64,000 nt of DNA, taken from contig CM060731.1 of NCBI GenBank assembly GCA_030704615.1, positions 43,090,001 to 43,154,000 on the forward strand, read 5' to 3'. Numbering within the stretch: the stretch's first letter is position 1; each line of letters starts with the position of its first letter. The stretch comes from Takakia lepidozioides. Its lineage: Eukaryota; Plantae; Bryophyta. Both the position numbers and the translations under genes were made by a program. Positions 23,169 to 35,583 of the stretch are shown here, piece after piece. Under the pieces are notes generated by a model. It saw only the letters and a list, made by a program, of their open reading frames with translations. It did no database searches and was not told where the DNA came from.

Positions 23169-24490
23169 CTCATCCACTCTCCCTGCACGGCCAAGAAGGT
23201 CCACCATGCAACCAAAATGCTCCAATGCAGGAGCGAGGCCATGATCTTGACTCATGGAATGAAAGTAGTGGCAGCCCTCATCCACCAGGCCCACATGGCT
23301 ACATGCAGAAAGAAGAGATATAAGGTGACACAGTCTGGCTTCAAGCCTTCCTGCTGCATTTGTTCAAATAGTTGGAGAACCTCCCTTTAACACCCATGCT
23401 GACCAGATCCTGCAATCATCACACTCCATGAGACCAAATCTCGTTTAGACATACTGCCGAACACCTGCCATGCATCATCCCCCACATTTGGAATACATGT
23501 TCACAAGGGCATTCTCCAAATTAATCTTTAACACAATTCCAGCTTTCCTCATGTCAGCATGGACCCTTTTGCCCTTTTTCAGGGCTCCTAAGCTAGTGCA
23601 TGCATTGAGCATGCAAATGAATGATATCCTGTTGGGTTTCACTCCTTTGAGTTGCATTGCTCCTAGAGCTCAAAAGCCTCCCTGCCACACCCATGCTTGG
23701 TATATCCTGTAATCATGGCATTCCATGAGACCACATTGCGCTGAGACATGCCGTCAAACACTTGAGGTGCTTCCTCCATGTTTGCACATTTAGCATACAT
23801 GTCAGCAAGGGCAGTCTCCAGAATGATATTTGGTCCAATTCCAGCTTTGGTGATGTCAATGTGGATCTCTTTCCCCTTTTTCAGAACTCCTAGCCTGGCA
23901 CACGCATTGAGGATACAAATGAACGTAACCTCGTTGGGTGTGACCCCATTCTGTTGCATTTTTTTCATAGATCTTGAGAGCCTCCTGACTACAACCATGC
24001 TTGACATATCCTGCTATCATTATGGTCCATGTAAACAGTGACCGTTCAGGCATTCTGTCAGACACGTCGCGTGCAACCATCACACTCCCACACTTGGCAT
24101 ACATGTTGACAAGGGTGTTCAATAGGAAGATTTTTGGCTTGAAACCATTTCGTATAATGTGGGAATGCACCTGTTTTCCCTCTGCAAGGTCATTCCTGTT
24201 GATGCACTCCTGCAAGAGACATACGTAAGTATTGGAGTCTGCCCTGTGTTGGTTAGTTGACCTGCCTTACATAATCTCCTCACATCCCTATAAGAACCAG
24301 GAGTGTTCTGTTTTACTCCCTCACTTGCTCCTCTTTCACACGTAGGGGTGCTTCCAGTCTGATGCCCAATGAACAACTGTGCCTGATCCAAACATGCCAT
24401 CCTGCATGACTCAGAACTCTTAGTTGATGATCATCTTTATTCTCGTTCATAAACTCAACAGGCATAGTTAATCTCGACAATCTCTTCATG
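23169..24490 (-). pseudogene. PLS-class PPR protein
   Basis: P-L-S triplets (LVNMYAKCG, VVSWNAMI.GY) ending GLVDEG..EHFGCMVDLLGRAGR; several frameshifts and stops; no E/DYW tail. Confidence 0.93.
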
Positions 24491-25683
24491 AGGACAGGCT
24501 TCTTGCCACATATTAACAAGTCCAACACGTCTGCAGTCCTGCACTTAAAGATTAAACTGTACCAGTATCATCTGTTTGACTTGGAATCCATCACCAGATT
24601 GTTCTTGATCTGGTACCATGGCAGCTACCCTTGCTTTCATCCAAGAAGGGTTCACGATCCAAGGGACCTCATTTGTGTGCTTATGCCTAAAATATGGTGA
24701 TCTTCGACTTCTCTGTGACGATGGTGAGTGGAAATGTGAGCAGTCATAGATGAACCACAGCCTTGCATAGACCAGGCTACCACCACCGAAGCGAGCATCT
24801 TCCCTATCGCGGGGAACTACTTTACATACCTCATGGCATGATCGTAACATCTGTCATGGACAAGGTTTCCACCCAATCATGCTCAGCCAGGGCATTGTAG
24901 CAATCTACAGGATTTGAGTTGAATCATGCGTATGGCTCAAAGGGGTGATTTATAAAATGAAAATCATACTCCTGCAATCAAGGAGGTTTTGTTGATTGAC
25001 ATCCATGGGGATATAGGCCATTCAAATTATTATATTCACCAGATGGGATATGATGACCTGAGCAGGAGAACAGCAAGAAGCCATAGACGAGGCACTGGTC
25101 ATTACAAATTCCGAAGGGCATATGTGAAAAAGGGGGGCTTGTATCTGTAAACTCCACACCGTACTCTGGGGAGGGGCCTGGTAGAAGGAAGAAGACCTGA
25201 AGATCTGATTAGGACCAATTTGCAATCCAGTTCCAGTGAAGTGAATGGTGATTGATGGGATGGCATTGACATCATACCATAAAGTGGTTCCTTGATGTCA
25301 TTAATGACTATACCAGTTTTGTTCTCTCAATGAAACACAGAAGTAACACATGAGTGTGTTGTTGCACTGCCAGTGAGTGACAAAGCGCAGAAGAGATACA
25401 GAGCCAAGGGAGGAAGAGAAACAGAAGGGGACAAGAGCTCCCGGCGGAGAGCTCTCAACAACAAGCTTACGATAAAGCTGAAACTAAGAAGTACCGCAAA
25501 ATTTGTGGTGAACGCAGCGTCCAGTAGAGCGGACGACATAAAGCTGCGAGCTGTTGGGGTTGGCTGTCATGGACTTGTCGCAGGCCGCGACCCTGTGATT
25601 GTTAAAAATGGTGCAGTATGCCACCTCATGCAAACCTCTAGGCTGATTGATAGCAGTAAGCATGTCAGGATTCCTATAACTAG

Positions 25684-26290
25684 GAAGAGAGAGATAAGAG
25701 AGAGAGAAGACTCAGGCCGAGGCCGGCGTAACTAAGAGCCACTTCGCCTTGCGGCTACAGCCCCTTTCCTCGCGGGTGGGCCCTATAACAAAAAGTGTCC
25801 AAGGGTGACTGCTAAGAATAGAGGGGGGCAAGGGTACCCCTAGGTTACTCGGGGGTATCCTGGGACCTAAGATGCATTTGAAGTGCCGGATTTCAGTTGG
25901 CGTTTGTTGGTGATAATAGCTGTGAGTGAACGGAGTGCCGTGAGATGGATTTCTTTGAAACATTTGTGGATGAGAAGAATGGGAGTTTGGAAGTTATCGT
26001 GTATGTCCGTGATACTGACGTTATGAATGATACCTCGAGTGCCGGCTGTGATGACAGTTAACGGGCCGGTTTTCCAGCCACGTCTTCGGAGCGCAAGGAT
26101 AAGTGGGGCATATTTTTGACGTTTTTCTAAGATTGAATCGTTTGGATAACAATTATGGCAAAATGTGAATTCAATTAAATGGATGGTGAGTTGTGGGGAT
26201 GGTGAGGTGGGGGGTAAAGTGTTGATAGGTAGACCTTGGACAAGGAGAGAAAGTAAACTTAGAAGAATGGAGGCTATAAATTCCACATTT
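25684..26290 (-). mobile_element. 5'-truncated non-LTR retrotransposon with C-terminal restriction-like endonuclease
   Basis: IHLIEFTFCH..K..KY.PL..L...GW...L.VITAG.RG.IH, a PD-(D/E)xK RLE-type pattern; structured 3' UTR and CT-rich tail; tail also present at 43196-43242. Confidence 0.65.
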
Positions 26291-26456
26291 CCTATGCTCA
26301 ATTGCGCCTCCTACTCTCTATAATCTAACAGGCATTCATCTTCTTGCCTCGATTGTCCCACCATTGACTGGGGTCAGAAAAGTATTCATTCACAGCTTCT
26401 CCTCGCATTTGTTACCTGTTTCGGGATACTTTCTTGTTGTCACATTGGCAGTATCA
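26290..26456 (-). pseudogene. OSB-type PDF-motif fragment fused to PPR
   Basis: DTANV..EEKL(1-bp del)NEYFSDPSQWWDNRGKK. Confidence 0.7.
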
Positions 26457-27340
26457 ATCCCACACGCATGTTGTGCATATCCTGCAATCATAGCACTCTA
26501 TGATACCACATTTCGTTCAACCATCCTGACGAACACTCCCTTTGCATCTTCAATGCTTCCGCCTTTGGCATACATGTCAATGAGGGCATTGTTCAGAATG
26601 AGATCTGGTACAATTCCAGCTTTGACGATATCACCATGGACCTCTTTGCCCTTTTCCAGGGTTGTCAGGCTTGCACACACATTGCAAATGGAAACGAATG
26701 TGACCTGGTTTGGGTTCAACCCTTCCTGAATCATTTGCTCATAGGTCTCCAAAGCCTTCATCCTGTACCCACGCTGAGCATATCCAGCGATCATCGCGTT
26801 CCACAAGATCACATCTCGTTCAGCCATATCGTTGAACACTCCCTTTGCATCCTCAATGCTCCCACATTTGGCATACATTTGTATAAGGGCAATGCTCAGA
26901 ATGGCATTTGGTACTATTCCAGCTTTGAAGATGTCCCCATGGATCTTTTTGCCCTTCTCCAGGGTTGCCAAGCTCGCATATGCATTGCAAACACAAACAA
27001 ATGTGATTTGGTTGGGCTTCACCCCTTCCTGCATCATTAGTTCATAGGTCTCCAAGGCATTCTTACACAACCATGCTTGCTAAGTCCTGCCATCATTATA
27101 TTCCACATGATCAAACCTTGTTCAGGCATTTTGTTGAACACTCAGTGTGCATCCACAATGCTCCCACACTTCACATACATGTTAACAAGGGTGTTGCATA
27201 GAAAAATGTTGGGCTTGAATCCACTTTGGATAATGTGAGCATGGACCTGTTTTTCGGCTTCTAGGCCTTTCATCTTGATGCACTTATTGAAAGATCCAGT
27301 AATTCCTCACGTGTTGTAGGATCAAGCCCATCTGATTGAA
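26457..27340 (-). pseudogene. PLS-class PPR protein (5' end cut by gypsy)
   Basis: ORF 26498-27070 plus upstream frameshifted repeats; ALIQMYAKCGSIEDA, WNAMIAGYAQ. Confidence 0.92.
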
Positions 27341-27366
27341 TTGAGAGATGATCCCGTACACCTTGA

Positions 27367-30300
27367 GTCAAGAAATTCAGGCATTACCTATTGGGAAGGA
27401 AGTTTATGTTTTATGTGGATCACCAGGCTCTGATATATCTGGTGAACAAACCTTTGATAAGTGGAAGGATAGCAAGGTGGTTAATAATCTTGCACGAGTT
27501 TGAGTTCGAAGTTGCTTACAAGCCTGGCCGTTTGCATCTTGTGGCAGATCACTTGTCACGCCTAGCAACAGGAGAGCCCGCCACAGGAGTAGACAACCAA
27601 TTACCTGATGCGAGTTTATTTGCGGTGGAGGTGCAGGGAAGTGCAGATGACTAGTTAGATTGGCAGTGGCCAATCAGATACTACCTTACTCATGGTCAGT
27701 GCCCATCTAGTTATGGAAAGGAGCAGAGGAAGAGAATCGCTATCAAGGCTTTACCTTATACTATGGTAGGGGGCAGAATGTATAAGCTAGGACCTGATGG
27801 AGTACTTGAACGATGCTTGTCTTTCAGTTGTGCTATAGTTCCTTTTAACACTGTTCATCAACCTGCTAGCATAGTATATAGGTGAATCTATATTTCCTGT
27901 AACATTTTGGGCTAACACTGCTCCCAACGCTTCTCCTGATGCATCACAGTGAACATGAAATACTACATGCCAGTGAGGGTTAATCAGCACAGGTGTAGTT
28001 GTTACTGACAATGTAAGTTCATCAAAAGCCTGTTGACATTCAGCTGTCCATGCAAACACTGCATCTTTCTTCAGAAGCTTGCTCAATGGTGCTGCTATCT
28101 TTAATGGCCTCTGTCTTTCTGGGATCCACAAGAAGTCCCCTATTATACACAATGTGTCCCCAAAGCACCTTTGAGTTCACACAGAAAGTACACTTCTCTG
28201 GATTCACGCCCAGACCTCTCATCCTGCATCTGGCCAAACATAACTCCAATTTATGCAAGTGCTCATTCTTAGAGCTATACACACTGAAATCATCCAAGGA
28301 CACCTGCATGAAATCATCCAGATACTCATGAAAAGATTCACTTATCACTCTCTGAAAGGTTGCTGGTGCATTACAAAGTCCAAAAGGCATGACTTTGTAT
28401 GCATAAGCACCCTAGTCTGTGATGAAAGTTGTCTTTCCCTGGTCTTCTTCTGCCACTTGCCCTTGATTATAACCACTGAAGCCATCCATGAATGAGTATA
28501 TCTCATGGCCTGCCACAGTGTCCACTACCGCTTCTGTGAATGGCAAAGGGAAATGATCTTTCTTCGTACAAGCATTCAACTTCTTATAGTTCACACAAAC
28601 TCTCAGTTTATTATTCTTCTTGGGAACTATCACAATGGGTGACAACCAAGTTGTATACTCTATCGGGTATATAAACTTAGCCTCAACCAACTTCTTGATC
28701 TCTTCTCCAACCTTCTGTGCATAGTTGGGATTCATTCTGTACCTTGCCTGTTTGATTGGTACTGACCCTGGTTCCAGTTCAAGCTTATGCTGACAGATCT
28801 CAGGTGTTATCCCTTTCAGATCCTCGTAGCTCCAAGCAAATACATCTCTGTATTTGATGAACAGACTCTTAGCTTCCTCAAAGAATTCTGGCTCCAAATC
28901 AGCCCCTACCTTCACCATCCTCGGTTCCCCTTCAGTTCCCTAATTCACTTCTCTCACCTGCTCATCAGCTGTGATTGTCCATCCAGTCACCACTTCATCC
29001 TATAACTCACAGTGGCTGGTTCCTCTAGGATTTCCATTTCTCCCTCTCTTTTTTCATAGAAATGTGGTGGGTAACTGCTTGCTTCACCCTCAAATTGGTG
29101 TTGCTGTCACTACACCACAGCAGATACCTTTTAAACAACTTAGGCCTTCCAGTTGCATCTCTGCAACCTGCTCCCACTCTGGGTGTGCAGCGAACAGGGT
29201 AGCTTCCTGCTCCTCATCAAGTCCTCCCCTCCAGTCATACTCCCTGACCCCTCGAGGTCTTCTCGTAGCAGGTAGTCTACTAGATTTATTAGTGGTCATT
29301 TGTATCTTGTGCATCCCATCATGCACAGTTAGCGACTGGGAATTCCAGTCATGGAATTCCCTAGCCTGTTTCAGCCACGGTCGACCCAGCAATAAGGAGT
29401 AAGCTTCCATGACTTCATCCATTTTCAACACAGTTACTGTGATCATAAAGATCATCTTTTGAATCTGTATCTTAACTCCTCTTATCAATCCAAATGGCTG
29501 AACACTTCTTTGATTTGCCATAGTTACTGTAAATGGGGCTGGTTTCATGTTACTTAGACCAAGCTTCTGCCTTAATTGGTCTGTTATGATATTCACTCCA
29601 GAGCCTCCATCTATCAGTACATCAGTTTTTGTTCTGTGCTTCCAATTCTCAATTGGATTACTGGCATAGAATCATCAAAGTCCATGACTGTTTTTTGCCC
29701 TTCCGGCTTCACATTATAACTGGTCATCTTGCTGTTCAGGTCTGTGTTCCCTGTCACATGGGCAATTCGATTGATTGCTTGATACAGCCTGTGTCTACAA
29801 TAAGGTGTCATAGTCAATAGCTGTCCAATGGTAATCTCCGCTTTGGACTAGCATATTACTTCAGCCAAAGTCCCTTCATTACTCTGCATTTCTGCAGCTT
29901 CTTTCTCCCCTTCATCCTCACTCACTTCCTCTTCTCTTTCAGAATCAGAGGAATCTGCCATAGGAATATCAGTACTCTTCTGCATTTCCCTTATGGTATC
30001 CGCCACTTCCTTGTGCAGTTCCTTCTCATCTCTCCAAGCCTCATCATCTTCAAGCACATCACTGCCATCTTCATTATCATCACCTTGCTCATCTACTAGA
30101 GGTATTATTTTGGCTTTGCTTCTGGTTACTATCATTGTACTTACTTCTGGTACAACACATGGCCTAACCATGTGAGCTGCCACCACTGGCCCCTCATTCA
30201 CAGGAGCTCTCATCTCATTCTGGTGTCTGATCCAGAATGAACAGGCTGCCTTGCGATGTCCTGCCTGATTACAATAGTAACACAGTTCTTCCCCATTAGG

Positions 30301-32990
30301 TCCTCGCCTTTAGTCTGTTCTGGGATTGTTTTTGTAATCTTGATTCCCTGGCTGGTAATTCCCCTTGGATTACCCTGATAGTTGCCTCTGGAATTTCCTT
30401 GGTAATTCCCTCTTGGATTACCTCTCCCTTCCATGCCATTGTTATAACCACCGGGCCTACCATAGTGGTCCTGATCACTGTTTCTTCTTGGCTGGGGCTG
30501 CACTTGATGCACCCTTACTTGCCTAGGTTCTCTTGTTGCTGTCCTTCTGTTGTAGTAACAATTCTCAGTAGAATGATTATCCATTTTACAGATAGTACAG
30601 TGTTTCTCCTTCATGTGGCATTCAGTGGTGGTATGGCCTTCATTCTGGCATTTTGCACACCAAACACCCTTCCTCCAATGTGTTGCAGCCTCTGTGGCAT
30701 ACTTCTTCAAGATTTCTTCTAATCTTTTCTCATAGTTATCCCTCTTCAACTTTTCCTTCCTCTTACTCTTCCTCTTAAGCTCTTGTTCTTTTTCCTCATC
30801 TGACTCATCCTCAGAGTCCTCATCATCCCTTTTCTCTCTCCTGAGCATTCCCAATTGCTCAATTTTGTTCGCTGTTTCAAATGCCTCCTTTATGGGGTAA
30901 CATATCCACTTTCTTTTGCAACTCTGGTCTTAGTCCACTCACAAACCAAGTCTTCTGTAAACCTGGTGCTGGTACAGCAGCCAGCTTTTCATCATCAATT
31001 CTATCTTTTCTATATACTCCTCAACAGTTTCATGCTTCTTTTTCTTCTTTGTAACTTCTACTTCTTCCATATACTTCATCCTCAGTTTTACTTGTCCTGA
31101 ACCTATTTCGGAATGCTGTATTCAAGCCGTTCCAGGTTAGGAAATGATTATCAGGGAATCTTGCATACCATTCACTTGCTTTCTTTGTAAGTGAACAAGG
31201 AAACAGTCTCATCTTGGCATCATCGTCATTCTCATTGTTCACAATACACATGTGCTCAAATTGGCTAATGTGTACATCAGGATCCCCTTTTCCTGAATAT
31301 ATTGGAAAATGTGGTTTTGCCCGTGTTGGTTGTAACGCCATTTGTGGCCCTACCCCCTGCCCACTGACATGTGCTGGCCCCCTTGCTGATGCTGGTCCTT
31401 GAGGACCTGTGGTAGTTGTGGTGGAACTTCCACCAAGTGCTGGCCCCTGAGCACTCCCTGCTACTGGCCCCACTATATTCACAGTATTCCCAGCTCCAGT
31501 TGCACTACTTCCCACACTCCATGTTCCCCCAGAGCTAGATCCAGGCTGCCCGCCTGATCCCCCTGAGCCGACACCTTCGTTGGCCTGTGATCCAAGTGCT
31601 TCACTTGATCCAGGTCCAACGGGTTGGGATGTCCTGGTTGTAGTCTCAACCTCAGCTGTTGGGTCTACTTCTTCATACTCTTCATCTTCCAATTTCTTCT
31701 CTCTGTTTTCATCTACCAAGTTCTGCCCTTGGGTTTCTTCTTCTTCACTCATGTAACTCAATTGCAATGGTGTTGGAGAGTTTGAACTCTCCGTTGGCTC
31801 TGCACATCCTCTCCTCTTTCTTCATCTTCTGTTTCAGAAACTGGAGTTTCTGCTTTTGGTGTTCCATACCAACTCTTATCAAAGATTTATGTCAAATCTT
31901 TATCCAGGGATGTACCTCAGATCTTTCACCTCGTGGTTGATCTTCTTCCTGTACCAATTCCCTTAATCTTTCTTGCAAAGAAAAAGAAGGAGTGGCATCC
32001 AACTCTAGTTCTTCCGGTATGGGTGATGTACTCTCTGATCTTAATGGTGTGAGAGGTCCAGATGATTCCCCTATGTCTATTCCTCTCTCCCAAAGATATG
32101 GATAATTAGCTTTCAGATAACTTTCTCTTTTTGCTGAATATCTCTGGAGTCTAGCTTCTCTTTCATCACTCATGTCCCATGTCTTTCATTTCTTTAATGT
32201 GGCAATAACCAAAACTCTCTTCTGTAGTATCTCTCGTATATGCCTGGGTTTCTTTTAAGCTTCAATGCACCCTTGGCTATACTAGAAGTCTCCGTTACCA
32301 TATAACCATATGGCAAACAAGTCTGAAAAGCTGTCTTGGTGTGAGTTTGATCCGCAGAATATCCTTTGGAATCCAATTCTTTACCAGTACAAGCTCCTTA
32401 TGCATATGAGTATAAACATTCACTTTCCTTTCCTCCCAGCCTTCAAACTCTACTCGCTTAATGGATAGCAATGCTATCACATAAACCAGTGTGTTGGTAA
32501 CCAATGTGCTCTTCCTCTACAGGCCACCTGATAAATCTTTGTCAAGTTAAATAAGCACAGTGTGAAAACAGCTAGAATAAAACTAGTTATTTGTATTTAA
32601 CACTTGGATTTAGGTCAAGTGTTAAATCAGATGTCAAGTTTAGTTTGACACCTGGTCCGTCTTATCTTCACGAGAGCGCAGTCGCCGGCTCATCTTTCTC
32701 GAGTTGAGCCTGCGCGACCAAGCTCCTGCATGCGGTTAGATTTGAGTGTGCTTATGTAGGGGTACAGGTCGTTGTGGGGTGGAGTCCCCATAGCTTGGGG
32801 TGCCCCTGGCTCGACTACTATTTCTAAGAGTGATGGTTTGGTTTTCATGTTTTGTGTAAACAGTGTGTTTGTTGGTTTACTATCACTCGAGAAAGATGAG
32901 CTCTTACCTGTGAGTGCAAGGTAGGAGTTGAGGGTTAGCACTTGCAAGATTACCTGTGTGTAAGTAGTGCTTAGTTTGAGAAGCATATCA
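27367..32990 (-). mobile_element. Ty3/gypsy LTR retrotransposon, 3'-truncated, degenerate
   Basis: gag (31030-31767), CCHC knuckles (30560-30670), protease LIDGGSGVN (~29600), RT (28040-28918), RNase H (27820-28150). RH C-half and linker are inverted on + at 27367-27820. Confidence 0.93.
32529..32990 (-). repeat. 5' LTR of gypsy element
   Basis: Minus strand TGATA...TATCA termini, TATA-like CCTACATAAG, immediately followed by PBS-like GGTGGCCTGTAGAGG (32514-32528), resembling the complement of a tRNA-Ile 3' end. Confidence 0.6.
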
Positions 32991-34049
32991 TTGAATGTGA
33001 TCACAAGATTCAGCGTGCCCTGAAACGCCTGGAGATGACGATGCCGGAGCCGCCACTGTTATTGCGTCGCTAAAGCGACCAGTCCATAAAGTACACGAGG
33101 AGGCTTTGGAGTACACGAGGAGAGACTTAAAAATGCAGCAGCAAATGCTAGTTGGCACCTATGCGTGATCCTTGAAGCTGGATGATTGTTTTCCCCAGTA
33201 AGCTTATAAAGAAGCTCTACCGTGCAGCATGGAGCAGCGTTGGCAAGCTGTGAATGCTGATACCTGCACTCTTGCAGTCTTGGAGTCCAAACTAGACACG
33301 GGGAATATGACCGGTCAACAACCAAGGTGCTGCATTTGATCAACAATCCTGAAGCGGAGGGCCCAGGCCACGGACTAGCTCGTCTCGTCTACCCTGGGAG
33401 TGCAAATGATGAATAGGTGAAGATTCTTTGGCAGATCAGAGCAGGGCGGAGCTCGTTGCGTTGACTGGCTAGCCGTTATATGGTCGACAGTCGCTTAAGC
33501 TGCAGGGTTACGTTGCCGGGTGATCGATATTGTTTCCAGGTCTTCATTTGGTGGGCATGCCGGGAGCGTGGAGGGGATGACATTGAGACGGCAACAGAGG
33601 CTCAGCTGTGGGGCCTTTCACATTAGCAACGTGGCTTTACCGAATACAACAGCTTTCTGGACAAGATGCTTGCGAGGTTGTAGGGTCAGCTGCAAATGCT
33701 AAATGCCACTCTGTTCACTTGCAGGTAGCTTCTGCGACAATCTAGTACAAACACATGCACAATTGTAGCAGAAGGATGGTCAGACGAGTTCTCCAGGAAA
33801 GCTCTGAAATGCACAGGACCATTTCTGCTCCGTCTAATGGGCTCTTTGGAGACTTGTGTCTCTGTTCCTTATGAAAGGGCTGTTGCTATGGATTGCGACT
33901 GGTGATGCTTAGTTGAGTAAAGGAACGAAGTTCACTCCTCCGATGTTTTTGTGTGCAACCTAGTCTGTAATTGGTGCCAACCTGGCTTAGGGGGCAGCTG
34001 GCTTGTAGCTGAGGTGAAGAGCCGGTTGAATGCGGCTAGGGGGGGCTCT

Positions 34050-34200
34050 ACCCACATTCTCCATACACTCAAAGGTCCCAGCAGTAACGGGCTCCACAAT
34101 CAATGCGTCCTTGAGCTTTCCATCATCATCTTTTTGAAAGCAGTGAGCCAAGCCTAACACAATATAGTCATCGTCATTCCAGTCCGGGTCTTCTCCCACG
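34050..34200 (-). pseudogene. Fragment of conserved cyanobacterial/plastid-type hypothetical protein
   Basis: PDWNDDDYIVLGLAHCF.K...GKL..ALIVEP..AGTFECM, recalled as a cyanobacteria/algae-conserved pattern; no further exons seen. Confidence 0.45.
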
Positions 34201-34249
34201 GCAAAAGCCTTGGCAATCGCACATGAAGGTTTTAGACTGTGTCTGGCAG

Positions 34250-35583
34250 GTTTAGATCATTATATCATTATATCATTCCTCAATGCCGGTCGAACAGCGG
34301 GCATGGAGATCATCCTGCACAACGGAATGACCAGGTTTCCGCCCGGAACCTCCATCGACAGAATCACCTTCGACGAGTTCACTTTTTGCCCACCAATTAT
34401 CTCCTCGGCCTTGTCTTCATAGTTTCCCTCCAATGCATCTTCCTCACCTTCACCTTCTGACGCGGCCAAATCTTCCCCCTCGGATTTCCTTTTTCTTTTC
34501 CTCTGCACAGAACGAATTATCTGTGAGTGACAGATTGAGCACCCATGGATCAACATTGCTTTGACGCAAGGTTGATTGATGGGGATGTAGTTTAGACTGA
34601 AAAGCATACAAGAAAGACTTTTCAAGCAAAAAAATGCTTTGCGTTGACGCAGGGTTCTTTTGGGAGCTTCAACTAATCAACTTTCTCTACCTTACATTTC
34701 AGGATATGAGAGATCGGACGCCTCCATTGAACAAAAAAATCATCAAAACCAGCCTTGCGTCAACGCAATGTTGATTCATGTGCGGCATCTGTTTGTTTCA
34801 CTAGAAGTTCTAACATACACCATGGAGGTAGGCATCAACCTTGCGTTGACGCAAGGTTGATTGCGAGCTCTCGGATCGGTGTTGAACAAACACAAAAGCT
34901 ACAGGAAAAGGAGATTGTTGTCTCTTCTTCTTCTTCTTCGAATTTGATGATGCGTCGCAAGCATCCATGTCTGTCTAGCTTGATTGTAGTGCAGCATCTG
35001 CACTGTTTTGATGCCCAATATATACACTTGGGAGGTCGACTTCAACCTTGCGTTGATGCAAGGTTGATGTCGACCTCAATGCTTAGCAAGAACCAGACAG
35101 AATCAGAGAGAGAGAAAGAGAGTTCATAGCCACCTCCAGTTTCTTCTTTGCACTTGATGATGCTCCTGACGCATTCAATCTTTCCATTTTGTCTGGAGGT
35201 AGCATGCTTCCAAGGAGGTCCTGATGGTGCGAAACAAGGGCAGACGGCATCGTTTCCGCGTCCGTTTGTTCTCCCTGCTCTTTGAAGACCTGTTTCTCTA
35301 CTCGCAGTGCTTCCTCCCGAGCCCAGCTCACTTCCTCGTCCTCCCCCCCTTCTATTGGAGGTTGCTCATCGGTCGCCTCCGGGATCACTTCAAGACCTTC
35401 CTCTCCACACTGCGGTTGCAGAATCCTGTTTTGCCCTTCGTCTTCCTCTACGCCGGATGTTTCTTCTCCCATTCTAAGTTCCCGTCTTGCCTTCTTCATC
35501 CTCTCCTTAGCGCGTGCCCTTTGCTTCTTTGATGTGAAATAAAGTGTTCTTCGACGCTTGCTTCTCCCTCGGAATGGGGTCAC
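34250..35583 (-). pseudogene. TE-associated spliced gene fragment (basic/acidic exon + IPLCRM..VRP exon, possibly start of a ParB-like domain)
   Basis: ORF 35083-35583 with a donor near 35130, an acceptor near 34503 and exon RKRKRK..IPLCRMISMPAVRPAL; truncated. Confidence 0.4.
34549..35077. repeat. Five copies of 28-bp palindrome ATCAACCTTGCGT-TG-ACGCAAGGTTGAT
   Basis: At ~34549, 34633, 34748, 34834 (perfect), 35041 (extended by GAGGTCGAC arms). Confidence 0.85.

Noticed and set aside
33000-33739. Extension of the gypsy LTR or a second LTR ending GCGACA
   Set aside because: No matching start, second copy or TSD.
34549-35077. CRISPR array
   Set aside because: Eukaryotic context, irregular spacer lengths, partly homologous spacers, mixed orientation, no cas genes.
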